A program made the translations under genes and the position numbers. From assembly GCA_036397755.1 (NCBI GenBank), contig DASWII010000072.1:34883-98882 (forward strand): a stretch of DNA of 64,000 nucleotides. Reading direction: 5' to 3'. The notes beneath the pieces were generated by a model. It worked only from the letters and a program-made list of their open reading frames with translations, was not told the origin of the DNA and did not search any database. Below, one piece after another: positions 37,543 to 47,690 of the stretch. Source of the DNA: Gemmatimonadales bacterium (lineage in GTDB: Bacteria > Gemmatimonadota > Gemmatimonadetes > Gemmatimonadales > GWC2-71-9). The first letter of the stretch is position 1. Each line of letters begins with the position of its first letter.

Positions 37543-40331
37543 GGGATCGTCCGCACGAAGCTCGCTTCGATCATGCGGTCGACTCGCTCCTTCGACTCGT
37601 CGAAATGCGCCCGCGTCACGGTGTCGAGGCCGGTGGTGCCGAGCGCGGTGCCGAGCGCGGTGCCGAGCTGCGCGGAGATACGCTTCAGCTCGAAGCGCGC
37701 GAGCGAGCGGGCATCCTCCGGGACGGACGGGTCGCGTCCGTTCAGCGTCACCGCGAGCACATTGAGGTAGATCCGCTGCAGGTTGCGTCTGAAAGAGTGT
37801 GCGGAGCGCGGAGCACCTCCCGCGAAGCCGGTCTCCGCCATGATCGCGTCCGTGAGCGTGCCAAACAACTCGGCGACCGTGTAGACCTCGTTGCGCGGTG
37901 TGCGCACTTCGTTGTCGATCATGCGCTGGAACCGGTATCCGCTCATGAGGTTGTACAACAACACCTCGTGGACGAGCGAGACCCAGTCATGCACCGGGAA
38001 ATCGAGCGGGGTGATGAACCCCCCCGACCAATCGTACCACCGTGGTGGCGCGAGCTTGTTGAGCATGTCTCCATCGAACTGGAGGGCGTTCTCCGCGAAC
38101 GCGTACTGCAGCAGCGTCGCAACCGCCGCGCGCTGCTCTGCGGCGGGAATCGTGCGGAACGGCAACTCCGCCTGCGGGTCGCCCTTGTGGCTGCGCGAGA
38201 CGCTGACGCCTCCCACGTACGTCACGAGCGGCTGCAACGCGCGCAACCGCTGGCTGATCATCGACGCGAACGCGCCCCGCAGGCGCTGGTAGCCCTCGCC
38301 TTCGTCGATCAGGTACCCCTCGAGTTTCGGCAGCACACGATCCACCAACGCAATGCGATCTCGAGCCGAGCGCACATGGTCCGAGCCGATGTCGCGCGCC
38401 GCTGAGCGAGGATCGAGCGTCCACACTCCAAGGCCCGCGTCCTCGTCGGTCCCGTAGGCGTGCAGCGGATCGGTGGACCGAGCCGCGATCTTTCGCAAAC
38501 CCGGCAGTTCGGCCTCGGGTGAGCCCGCCACCGCGCCGGTGGCGGCCAGCGGGCCGGTGCCGGCCTGCTGGTAGATGGTGGAATACCCGTATTGGATCGC
38601 CCAAACGTCGTACGCGCCGACCTCCTTGTTGTAGTAGTCGCCCTGGCCGGTGCGATCCATCGCGACGTTGACGATCCCGTAGTCCATTACCGACAACGTC
38701 ACCCCGTTCTTCCGGGTGAAGGTCGTGTCCTGCAGGCGGTCGTTGGGAATGGCCGACGATGCCTTGAAGTTGTGGCGCAATCCGAGGGTGTGCCCCACCT
38801 CGTGCATCACCAAGTCCCGAATCGCGTCGCCCAGGAACTCGGTCGGCATCGGCTCACCCGGAGCGAGTTCTCCGAGGGCGAGGAGCACCGAATACTGGAA
38901 GCTCAACTCGTCCGCCATGGACATCTCCGCCATGCAGAGACGCTGAGAGAGATAGGACGGCAGCTCCCGCGACAGCCGCGACTCCAGGTCGAGGCGGTCG
39001 CGCATGGCCTGCGGACCCGCCAGATAGTCGTAGTCATACGCGTGGAACCGCGTCCAGTTGGACGAAACGATCACGTCCGCGTTGAGGATCTCGCCCGTCC
39101 GCGGGTCGGTCTGGCTCGGGCCGATCGCCCAGGCCCCACCCAAGGCGTGAGACGTGGACCAGCGCACCGTCGAATACCGCATGTCCTCCGCACTCCACAG
39201 CGAGTCGTCGGGCGCGTCCCGCGCCACGATCGCATTGGAGATTCCCGCGGCCTCGAAGGCCTTGTTCCACGCTTCGATGCCCTCTTTCACGAACCGGCGG
39301 TACTCGAGGGGGATCGAACGATCCACGTAGTAGACGATGGGCTCCACAGCGTCCGCGACTGCCTTCGAGTGGTCGCTCTTCTCCAGCCGCCACCGTGTGA
39401 CGTACCGAACCATGTAGTCCTCACCGACGTCACGCGAATAGTCGCGCATCGCTTCCAGAAAGAACCCAACGCGATCGTCCGCCAACCGTGGCCGCATGGG
39501 GTCGTCGGGTAGGGCGAAGAGGGAATAGCGGACCCCCAATGTCACGGTTCGCCCGTCGGCCAGCGCGGGACCGCCAAACCGGGGGCCGCTGCTTGCCTGG
39601 ATGGTCATGTCCACGTCGATCTCGACGTTCCGCTCGAACCCGTGCACGGCGTCGACGTTGCTGCGTTCCCGATCCATGCGGATCGGCTGCGTGCCGTAGT
39701 AGGACCGCAACGCGGTGGTGAGGTCGCCGTAGTCCGACACGACCAGCGTCGTCAAGTCGATGAGCAGGTGCCCGTTCTCCTTCCCCTCACTCTGGATCTT
39801 GAACGCCGCGACCACGGAGTTGCCGACGTTTTCCTCCAGCGACGCCAGCATCGGCGAGCCGGCGTCCGCCGTGAATCGCGTGTTCCGGTGCACCAGCTGA
39901 ATCTGGTCGCCAACGCGGCGGAACCGCATGAGTCTGGTATTCTCGATGAGCGGAAGCCCGTCATTGAGGAAAAACTCTCCGAGCCCGCGACTCACGTGCA
40001 TCATGAGCCCGAAGTCCTTGTCCAGCTGGCTGGGCGCCAGTTCGAGGAACAGCGTGTTATCGCGCTTGAGATGGGTCTTGAAGTACCCATCGATCGCGCG
40101 TGTGTCCTTCAAGACCTCATCCCACTTCTTGAACGGCTCGCTCGTCGCGGACTTCGAGGAATCGACCGCAGCCCCGGACGGCGCCGGCCGCACCGACGGA
40201 GCCGCCGCTCCAGGCGGCGCACCGGCGGCGGGCTGAGGACTGGGCGCGGTTGGCGGGTACACTTGTACGCACGCGATGGAACTCACCGCGAGCGCGGCGG
40301 CCGTGGCACGAACGACATTTCGCATAATCAT
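37539..40331 (-). CDS. large secreted zinc-dependent metalloprotease (HExxH...H type, DUF4953/DUF5117-like)
   Basis: The 930-aa product has a signal peptide and a HEVGHTLGLRHNF zincin motif. The overall layout resembles large Bacteroidetes/Gemmatimonadetes-type zinc metalloproteases. Confidence 0.82.
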   Translation of the reverse strand: MIMRNVVRATAAALAVSSIACVQVYPPTAPSPQPAAGAPPGAAAPSVRPAPSGAAVDSSKSATSEPFKKWDEVLKDTRAIDGYFKTHLKRDNTLFLELAPSQLDKDFGLMMHVSRGLGEFFLNDGLPLIENTRLMRFRRVGDQIQLVHRNTRFTADAGSPMLASLEENVGNSVVAAFKIQSEGKENGHLLIDLTTLVVSDYGDLTTALRSYYGTQPIRMDRERSNVDAVHGFERNVEIDVDMTIQASSGPRFGGPALADGRTVTLGVRYSLFALPDDPMRPRLADDRVGFFLEAMRDYSRDVGEDYMVRYVTRWRLEKSDHSKAVADAVEPIVYYVDRSIPLEYRRFVKEGIEAWNKAFEAAGISNAIVARDAPDDSLWSAEDMRYSTVRWSTSHALGGAWAIGPSQTDPRTGEILNADVIVSSNWTRFHAYDYDYLAGPQAMRDRLDLESRLSRELPSYLSQRLCMAEMSMADELSFQYSVLLALGELAPGEPMPTEFLGDAIRDLVMHEVGHTLGLRHNFKASSAIPNDRLQDTTFTRKNGVTLSVMDYGIVNVAMDRTGQGDYYNKEVGAYDVWAIQYGYSTIYQQAGTGPLAATGAVAGSPEAELPGLRKIAARSTDPLHAYGTDEDAGLGVWTLDPRSAARDIGSDHVRSARDRIALVDRVLPKLEGYLIDEGEGYQRLRGAFASMISQRLRALQPLVTYVGGVSVSRSHKGDPQAELPFRTIPAAEQRAAVATLLQYAFAENALQFDGDMLNKLAPPRWYDWSGGFITPLDFPVHDWVSLVHEVLLYNLMSGYRFQRMIDNEVRTPRNEVYTVAELFGTLTDAIMAETGFAGGAPRSAHSFRRNLQRIYLNVLAVTLNGRDPSVPEDARSLARFELKRISAQLGTALGTALGTTGLDTVTRAHFDESKERVDRMIEASFVRTIP

Positions 40332-40484
40332 GGATCCCCTGGCGGGCCGAGAGGTACGCGATCAAGCCGGTTGGACGGACGTGGAGCTTATTGACCGATC
40401 CGCGGCCGGTCAATGGCGCGTCTGGGGTCTGGGACCCTACAATTCCAGATCACGCAGCCAATCACTCAATGCTCGAGCTCATCC

Positions 40485-41777
40485 ATGCCCAGACTGTTCC
40501 TTCTCGCAACCACGACGCTAGCCCTGGCAGCACCTCTCACCGCGCAGCACCCCGCCATCGACCGCGCGGTCACGCGGGTGACCGCTGACGTCACGGAGAT
40601 CCGCCATTACCTGCACGAGCACCCGGAACTCGGCAATCGGGAGGTGGAGACCGCGAGGCTGATAGCGGAGCGATTACGCGCGCTCGACTTCGACGTGGTG
40701 CAGACCGGTGTGGCGGTGACGGGCGTGGTCGGCATCCTCAGGGGCGGACGCCCCGGGCCCGTCGTGGCCGTCCGTGCCGACATGGACGCCCTGCCGGTCA
40801 CGGAAGCAACCGATCTGCCGTTCAGGTCGCTCGTGCGCTCCACCTACTTGGGTCAGGATGTGGGGGTATCGCACGCGTGCGGGCACGACATCCACGTCGC
40901 CGTGCAACTCGGGGTCGCTGCGGTGCTCGCATCGATGCGAGAGGAGCTGTCGGGCACGGTCAAGTTCATCTTCCAACCGGCCGAAGAGGGGCCTCCCCCG
41001 GGAGAAGAGGGCGGGGCGCCGTTGATGGTCGCCGAAGGGGTCCTGGAGAATCCGCGACCGTCCGCCATCTTCGGGCTCCACACGCTCGCGCAGCTCGACG
41101 TCGGCAAGATCGGCTATACGCCGGGCGGCGCCCTCGCGGCGGTCGATCACTTCTATATCACGATTCACGGCAGGCAGGCGCATGGAGCGGCTCCGCACCT
41201 GAGTGTCGACCCGATCGTCATCGCGGCGCAGGCCATCACCGCGCTCCAGACCATACGCTCGCGCAACCTCTCGCCGCTCGCGCCGAGCGTCATCACGGTG
41301 GGCTTGGTGCGGGGCGGCACACGCTTCAACATCATTCCGGGCGAAGTGCAGATGGAGGGAACGGTTCGGACGTACGACCCGGACGTGCAGGACGCGATCG
41401 AGCGCCGCATGCACGAGATTCTGGCGGGCATCACCGCGGCCGGTGGAGCGTCCTACGAGCTGATCTACGACCGCATCACGCCGGTGACCATCAACGACAT
41501 CGCCCTCACCGAGCAGATGGTACCCAGTATCGGGACCGCAATCGGTGACGCGAACGTCGCCGAGATCCAGCCCTGGATGGCCGGTGAGGACTTCGCCTAC
41601 TTCGCGAACGAGGTGCCGGGGTTTTACTTCCGGCTCGGCACACTCAAGGAGGGCACGACCACGGGAGACCACCATTCACCGACATTTCGGGCCGACGACT
41701 CCGCGATTCCCGTCGGCATCAAGGCGATGAGTTACGTGATCTGGGACTATTTGACTATGGTAGGACGGCAAGAATGA
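40485..41777 (+). CDS. M20D-family amidohydrolase (aminoacylase/hippurate hydrolase-like), secreted
   Basis: ATG at 40485 gives the signal peptide MPRLFLLATTTLALAAPLTAQ. HEHPELGNRE, HACGHD, FQPAEEG and GEDFAYF motifs are present. Confidence 0.85.
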   Translation: MPRLFLLATTTLALAAPLTAQHPAIDRAVTRVTADVTEIRHYLHEHPELGNREVETARLIAERLRALDFDVVQTGVAVTGVVGILRGGRPGPVVAVRADMDALPVTEATDLPFRSLVRSTYLGQDVGVSHACGHDIHVAVQLGVAAVLASMREELSGTVKFIFQPAEEGPPPGEEGGAPLMVAEGVLENPRPSAIFGLHTLAQLDVGKIGYTPGGALAAVDHFYITIHGRQAHGAAPHLSVDPIVIAAQAITALQTIRSRNLSPLAPSVITVGLVRGGTRFNIIPGEVQMEGTVRTYDPDVQDAIERRMHEILAGITAAGGASYELIYDRITPVTINDIALTEQMVPSIGTAIGDANVAEIQPWMAGEDFAYFANEVPGFYFRLGTLKEGTTTGDHHSPTFRADDSAIPVGIKAMSYVIWDYLTMVGRQE

Positions 41778-41792
41778 TGGCAGGACGGGGAG

Positions 41793-42626
41793 ATGGCAGG
41801 TTGGCAGGAGACCCTCGGAGAACTGGGGGCATTCCTGAGTGAGCTGAGCCGGTCAGTCCAGGTCGCGCGATCGCGCGCGGATGGGTTGGAGCAAGCGACC
41901 GACCGCGTCGCCGCCGAGGAGCCGCTCGAGGTTCGCCTCGGCGACACGGCGCTCGCCGTCGTCATGCGAACGCCCGGACACGACGACGACCTGGTACGCG
42001 GCTTTCTGCTCACCGAAGGCATCCTGCTCGAGCCCGGCGAAGCGGCCGCGATCGACCTCGGTGTCGAAGGGCGTGCAACGGTGACGCTCGCGGAAGGTAT
42101 CGAGGTCGACCCAACGCGATTTCAGCGCAACCTGTTCATGTCGAGTTCCTGCGGCGTATGTGGCAAGGCCTCGATCGAGGCTGTGGAGCTCTTTGCGCCG
42201 CCGGCGAAAGACTTCACAATCGATCGTGGTGTCGTCGCCCGGCTGACCAAGGCGCTGCGCCAGCATCAGCCCACGTTCGACGAGACTGGCGGGCTTCATG
42301 CGGCGGGCCTGTTCACCCTGGAGGGAGCGCCGCTCGCCGTGCGCGAGGACGTGGGTCGTCACAACGCCGTGGACAAGGCAATCGGACACGCCAGTCGTGA
42401 CCGGTGGCCGCTTCACCCCTGTGTGCTGGTCGTTTCGGGCCGGCAGAGCTTCGAGATCGTTCAGAAGGCGGCCGTCGTCGGTGTCGCGGGCGTGATCGGC
42501 GTGTCCGCTCCGTCGTCTTTGGCTGTCGATCTCGCGGAGTCGCATGCGATGCTTCTGGTGGGGTTCGCGCGGGACGGGGCGTTCAACGTCTACGCGGGGG
42601 CCGAGCGGATCGTGGGGGTGACGTGA
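41793..42626 (+). CDS. fdhD: formate dehydrogenase accessory sulfurtransferase FdhD
   Basis: SSCGVCGKASIE, GGLHAAGLF and VGRHNAVDKAIG motifs are present. Confidence 0.88.
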   Translation: MAGWQETLGELGAFLSELSRSVQVARSRADGLEQATDRVAAEEPLEVRLGDTALAVVMRTPGHDDDLVRGFLLTEGILLEPGEAAAIDLGVEGRATVTLAEGIEVDPTRFQRNLFMSSSCGVCGKASIEAVELFAPPAKDFTIDRGVVARLTKALRQHQPTFDETGGLHAAGLFTLEGAPLAVREDVGRHNAVDKAIGHASRDRWPLHPCVLVVSGRQSFEIVQKAAVVGVAGVIGVSAPSSLAVDLAESHAMLLVGFARDGAFNVYAGAERIVGVT

Positions 42627-42628
42627 TT

Positions 42629-42653
42629 CGCACGGGCGCCGCCGGCCCGTGCG
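42629..42653 (+). terminator. stem-loop after fdhD (weak terminator candidate)
   Basis: The 9-bp stem CGCACGGGC/GCCCGTGCG has a 7-nt loop and starts 3 nt after the fdhD stop. Only a weak T tract (CTCTTTC) follows. Confidence 0.35.
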
Positions 42654-42713
42654 GCAACGGCTCTTTCATTACGCCGACCTCTTCTCGACCGTAGCGGGCG
42701 CTGATACGTTAGA

Positions 42714-44426
42714 ATGGCCATGTCCATCGCGACGAACGACGAGCTCATCGCCCGCTGGAAGGACGAGCCCGCCCCGCTCCTCCCGACGCTGCACGCGTTC
42801 CACGAACGGGACGGGTTCCTCTCCGACGAGGCGATGCGCGCCGTGGCGACAGGGCTGCGCGTCCCGCTCGCCGACCTGTTCGGAACGGTGACGTTCTACC
42901 ATCACCTCGCACGCGAGCCCTTGGGCCAGTCGGCCCCGCGCGTATGCACGGGCCCCGTGTGCTGGATGCGCAACGGACCCGCGCTCCTCGAGGCGATGCG
43001 CGACCGGGGCGCCACCGCCATGCCGTGTGCGGGGCGGTGCGATCAGCCGGTTCCCGTGCTCGAGGGAGATCGGGTACTGGTGGGTGACTCGGCCGCAGGA
43101 TTGCGGGAGGCGCCGTCCCCACTTCCCCCGGAGCGGCCGGCCGGGAAGGCGGCCGCGGGAAGCGAGTCGGCTCAGGAGTGCGTGTTCGCCCACATCCGCG
43201 AGCCCGATCGCGCGACATTGACTGGCTACCGAAGGACCGGTGGCTACGAAGGCCTCACGAACGCGCTGGGGATGGAGCGTTCGGCCGTTCTCGCCGTGGT
43301 GCGAGACAGCGGGCTGGCTGGACGAGGCGGCGCCGGGTTCCCGACCGGTCGGAAATGGCAGGCCGTGGCGGACGCCCCCGGCGACCCGAAGACGGTGGTG
43401 TGCAACGCCGACGAGGGAGAACCAGGCTGCTTCAAGGATCGGGCGATTCTCGACTACGACCCTCATGCCGTCATCGAGGGGATGACCACGGCCGGCTACG
43501 CGACGGGTGCGACGCGGGGTTTCATTTACTTGCGATACGAATACCCGACGACGCACGGCATTCTGGAACGCGCCATCGCCCAGGCCTACGACGCGGGCGT
43601 ACTCGGCGAGGACGTGCTCGGCTCGGGCGCCACCTTCCATCTTTATCTTCGGCGCGGCGCCGGGGCTTACATCTGCGGCGAGGAGGGATCACTCCTCAAC
43701 AGCCTGGAGGGGAAGCACCCGTTTCCCCGCAACCGGCCACCCTACCCGGTGACCCACGGGTACGAAGACAAGCCCACGGTGGTGAACAACGTCGAAACCC
43801 TGGCTTCCGTGCCGCCGATCCTGCGGCGGGGTGCGGACTGGTACCGCTCGCTCGGGCTCGGCGATCACGCCGGCACGAAGCTGATCAGCCTCTCTGGCGA
43901 CATTCAACGACCCGGGAATTATGAGGTTCCACTCGGGCTCCCACTGAGCACGCTTCTCTATGAGTGGGCCGGGGGACCGCATGCGGGGCAGACGATTCAG
44001 GCCGTGACGATGGCGGGCCTCTCCGGCGGGTTCCTGGCGGGCGACGATCTCGACATCACCCTGGACGAGCCCGGTATCCGCGCCAAGGGCTCCTTTCTCG
44101 GTGCCGGTGGTATCATGGTATTCGATGACCGCCGTGACATGATGCAGGTGGCCCACGAGGCGATGTCGTTCTTTGCGCACGAGTCCTGCGGCAAGTGTTT
44201 TCCGTGCCGCATCGGCACGAGGCGGCTGACGGAACGACTCGCCGGTACGGCGGGGCCCGCGGACCTCACCCTGTGGCTGACGGAGATGCAGGACATCGGC
44301 AACGCCATGAAGTCCGCCAGCGCGTGCGGCCTCGGTATCGCGGCGCCGCTCGTCACCGAAAGTCTCATACGTTACTTCCCGACCCGTGTGGCGGCGCACG
44401 TGGGCAACGGCAAGGAGTCCGCATGA
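42714..44426 (+). CDS. NAD-linked formate dehydrogenase diaphorase subunit (fused NuoE-like and NuoF-like domains)
   Basis: An N-terminal thioredoxin-like 2Fe-2S region (TFYHHL...C..PVC...C.GRCD) is followed by NuoF motifs GLAGRGGAGFPTGRKW, ESCGKCFPCR and ACGLG. Confidence 0.88.
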   Translation: MAMSIATNDELIARWKDEPAPLLPTLHAFHERDGFLSDEAMRAVATGLRVPLADLFGTVTFYHHLAREPLGQSAPRVCTGPVCWMRNGPALLEAMRDRGATAMPCAGRCDQPVPVLEGDRVLVGDSAAGLREAPSPLPPERPAGKAAAGSESAQECVFAHIREPDRATLTGYRRTGGYEGLTNALGMERSAVLAVVRDSGLAGRGGAGFPTGRKWQAVADAPGDPKTVVCNADEGEPGCFKDRAILDYDPHAVIEGMTTAGYATGATRGFIYLRYEYPTTHGILERAIAQAYDAGVLGEDVLGSGATFHLYLRRGAGAYICGEEGSLLNSLEGKHPFPRNRPPYPVTHGYEDKPTVVNNVETLASVPPILRRGADWYRSLGLGDHAGTKLISLSGDIQRPGNYEVPLGLPLSTLLYEWAGGPHAGQTIQAVTMAGLSGGFLAGDDLDITLDEPGIRAKGSFLGAGGIMVFDDRRDMMQVAHEAMSFFAHESCGKCFPCRIGTRRLTERLAGTAGPADLTLWLTEMQDIGNAMKSASACGLGIAAPLVTESLIRYFPTRVAAHVGNGKESA

Positions 44427-47164
44427 TCGCACGAGACACGGATCTCACGACCGCCACGATGACGCTGGACGGCCAAGAAGTCTCCTTCACCGAGGGTGAG
44501 ACCATCTACGAGGTCGCCCAGCGTCACGCCAAGGCGATCCCGACGCTCTGCTACGACCCCCGCCTCGAGCCCTTCGGAGGGTGCCGGCTCTGCGTCGTCG
44601 CCGTCGAGGGGATGCGCACGCCAGTGGCCTCCTGCACCATGAAGGCCGAAGCCGGGATGACGGTGCGTACCGCGACGGACGAGGTCGAAGCGCTCCGCAA
44701 GACGCTGTTGGAGATGGTGGTCTCCGAAAACCGCGAGGTCGACGTCGATCCGCTGCGCGGCTATGCGTCGCAGGAGCTGACGGCGCTCGTGGACCGATAC
44801 GGAGCCCGTACCAATCGCTTCGCCGGCGCTCGGTCCGGCAGGACGCGAGCGGATGATGGGAACCCGTTCATCCTGCGGGACTACGACCTCTGTATCTCGT
44901 GTTACCGCTGCGTGCGGGTGTGCGCCGAACGGGAAGGCGACTACGCGATCTCCGTGATGAACCGCGGCTTCGACACCAGGATCACCGTGGAGTTCGAAGG
45001 CCTGCTCAAGGATTCCGCCTGTACGTTTTGCGGCCAATGCGTCCAGACGTGCCCGACGGGTGCGTTGGCCGACAAGAAGGCCATGCGCTACACGCACCTC
45101 GAGCAGCCGATCGAGAAGACGCGCACGACCTGCCCGTACTGCGGGGTCGGTTGCTCGGTCGACATCATGACCAAGGGCGACACCATGGTGGGAGTCCAGC
45201 CGGCGATGGATGGGCCGGCGAACCTCGGTGCGCTCTGTGTGAAGGGACAGTTTGCCTACGACTTCGTGCAGCATCCCGACCGCCTCGGCGCCCCACTCGC
45301 CCGCGGGGACGACGGCGAGCTGCACGTGACCGACTGGGATACCGCGCTCGACCGCGCGGCGGCCGGGTTCCGCGCCGCGCTCGAGCAACATGGTCGCCAC
45401 AGTGTCTATGGAGTGGCCTCGGGTCGCGCCCCGCATGAGGCTGCATACAGCATGCAGAAGTTCATCCGGGCGGGCTTCGGCACCAACTACATAGACAACT
45501 GTAGCCGTGCCTGACACGCTCCCACGGTTGCCGGTCTGGCAGCCACGATCGGACGAGGCGCCATGTCGAACCCGCTGGCCGACATGGAGAAGCCCGACGT
45601 CATCTTCTGTATCGGCACCAACATGACGGAGTGCCACCCGGTGGCAGCCACGCGGCTCAAGCGTGCTCTGGCGCGGGGGGCAAAGCTCATCGTCGCCGAT
45701 CCCCGGCGTATCGGCCTCGTCGACATCGCCGACCTCTACCTGCCGATTCGTGTCGGGTCCGATTCCGCGCTTCTCCTCGCCATGGCGCACGTGATCCAGC
45801 GCGAAGGACTGGTCAACGACGCGTTCGTGGCGGACCGCACCGCGGAGTCCCAACGCTTTCTGGAGCACGTGCAGCAGTTTCCGCCGGAGTGGGCGGAGGA
45901 AATCACCGGCGTGCCGGCCAAGGACATCGAACAGGCCGCGCTGTGGTACGGCAATGCCGAGCGTGGCGCGATCTACTACACCCTTGGCATCACCGAGCAC
46001 ATCTGCGGCGTCGAGAACGTGCAGGGGCTGTGCAACCTCGCGCTCATGACCGGCAACATCGGGCGGGAGGGCACCGGCATCAATCCCATGCGCGGGCAGA
46101 ACAACATCCAGGGCGCCGGCGATTGCGGAGCGCTGCCGAACAACTATCCGGGCTTTCAGGCCGTGACGGACCCGAAGCATCAGGAGAAGTTCAGACGGCA
46201 TTACGGCAAGACGGTGGACCTCGAGAAGGGGATCACGAAGGTCACTGCGCTGGAACTGTGCGGCGATCAGATCCGCGCCATGCTGATCGACGGCGAGAAC
46301 ACCGTCGTGTCCGATCCCGATCGCGCGCACTGCGAGCATGCGCTCAAGAGTCTCGACCACCTCGTCGTCATCGACATCTTCCTGACGGAAACGGCACAGC
46401 TCGCTGACGTCGTCCTACCGGCGACCGCGTGGGGGGAGACCGACGGCGTCTGCACCAACACCGAGCGCCGCGTGCAGCGCCTGCGCCGGGCCGTCGAGCC
46501 TCCGGGTGTCGCCCGGCCGGATTGGTGGATCGTCTCGCAGATCGCCAAGCGCCTCGGCGTCGCGGGCTTCGACTACAGCCACGCCAGGGAGATCTTCAAC
46601 GAGCTGTGCGAACTCTCCCCGATTTATCATGGGCTCGACTGGGATCGCATCGAGTTCGGCGAGTATCAGTGGCCGGTGCCGGACAAGACGCATCCGGGCA
46701 CACCGCGGTTGCACGAAGGAGAGTTTCTCAACGGGCGAGGGATTTTCTCGCTGATCACCTATCGGGATCCGGCCGAGACGATCAGCGAGGAGTATCCGGT
46801 CTGGCTCACGACCGGTCGCCGACTCGCGTCGTATCACACGAGGACGCAAACGGGCCGAGCACAGGGAATCGACTACCTCCTCTCGGAAGAAGTGCTCGAG
46901 GTGCACCCCGACGACGTGGAACGGTGGGGTCTCATCCATGGCGGGTGGGCCAGGATGCACAGCCCGCGGGGCTGTGTGCTGGTCAAGGTGCAGGCCAACC
47001 GGCGGAGTCCGCGGGGCACCGTCTTCGCGAGCTTCAGCTTCAACGACGTGCCGGTGAACATCCTGACCGGTGGCGGCTACGACCCGGTCACTCACACGGC
47101 CGAATTGAAGGTGTGTCCGGTGCGGTTGGAACCCGCTTCGTCGTCGGCGAGCGTGAGCGTCTAG
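44423..47164 (+). CDS. fdhA: formate dehydrogenase alpha subunit, selenocysteine-containing (UGA at 45512-45514 read as Sec)
   Basis: ATG at 44423 forms an ATGA overlap. The product has 2Fe-2S/4Fe-4S NuoG-like N-terminal domains followed by a molybdopterin domain. Track ORFs 44195-45514 and 45563-47164 are in the same frame and separated only by TGA in the motif CSRA-U-HAPTVAGL. A SECIS-like hairpin lies downstream. Confidence 0.85.
45512..45544 (+). promoter_or_regulatory. UGA(Sec) codon plus SECIS-like hairpin
   Basis: TGA at 45512-45514. Eleven nt downstream the stem GGTTGCC (45526-45532) pairs with GGCAGCC (45538-45544), including one G-U pair, around a GGTCT loop. This closely resembles the E. 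coli fdhF SECIS apical stem-loop as I recall it. Confidence 0.7.
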
Positions 47165-47200
47165 CCCACCACGCGCGGTACCGACGGCAGTGCCGGGTTG

Positions 47201-47225
47201 GAGTCCCGGCCTGAAGGCCGGGCTC
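47201..47225 (+). terminator. GC-rich stem-loop after fdhA (terminator candidate without a T tract)
   Basis: GAG(T)CCCGGCC-TGAA-GGCCGGGCTC. The middle arm can alternatively pair with GCCGGG at 47192-47197. No U-run follows. Confidence 0.3.
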
Positions 47226-47503
47226 GGCCTTAACACAGGCCCTGAAGGGCACGAAACGATCGGCACACGTGCGCCCTGCAGATCGCGCGAACCATGCGTT
47301 CGGTGATGATCACCCCGGGTTCGGCGTCCGCACCGTCCGATCGATCGAAACGCACGCCTCTCCAGATCGTGATGCAGACTACTCTGAAGCGATCGGCGTC
47401 GGCGCGGACCATGGCCTGGACATCGTCCGTTGACATTCTGAACGTACGTGCACGGTTGTGCAGTGCATCAGTGATACACCTGCAGTAACTACTGGGGGGC
47501 TCT

Positions 47504-47690
47504 GTGGCCAGGATTCAAGTCCCGATAGACGAGCCGGAGAGAGAGCGATTCCGACAGTAGGCCGAGCGCGAGGGGAAGTCGCTGGCGGCTTGGTTGCGCG
47601 AGGCGGCCCGAGAGAAACTCGTGGCCGCAGGACGCGCGAAACAGCTGGACACGTTGGAGGAGCTGCGAGCGTTGGACGAGGTGACCGATT
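47504..47690 (+). pseudogene. ribbon-helix-helix (CopG/VapB-like) antitoxin gene interrupted by an in-frame TAG
   Basis: From GTG at 47504 the frame reads VARIQVPIDEPERERFRQ-TAG(47558-47560)-AEREGKSLAAWLREAAREKL. This is a typical RHH strand-helix-helix pattern broken inside helix 1. No partner toxin is recognisable, and the 3' boundary is uncertain. Confidence 0.45.

Noticed and set aside
37635-37668. 2.8 copies of a 12-nt tandem repeat (GGTGCCGAGCGC), checked as a possible CRISPR-like or VNTR feature.
   Set aside because: It lies in frame inside the metalloprotease gene, encoding LGTALGTALGT near the C-terminus. There are no spacers and the repeat is too short, so it is only a small coding microsatellite.
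45512-45514. Interpretation of the TGA as a genuine truncation or pseudogenisation of fdhA.
   Set aside because: The TGA falls exactly at the catalytic Sec/Cys position of the conserved motif. The downstream frame continues with conserved FDH sequence for 550 codons, and a SECIS-like hairpin sits at the canonical distance.
47192-47210. tRNA T-arm-like hairpin GCCGGG-TTGGAGT-CCCGGC, considered as a possible tRNA fragment or integration-site remnant.
   Set aside because: The loop has G where the invariant C56 of the T-loop (TTCRANY) should be. No acceptor, D or anticodon arms can be built from the flanking sequence, which is the 3' end of fdhA.
47230-47436. 68-aa minus-strand ORF divergent from the RHH pseudogene.
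   Set aside because: It is not called as a gene because it has no RBS and no recognisable family, and it sits in a low-GC patch. It is kept only as a note in the findings because its third-position GC (about 73%) is not negligible.
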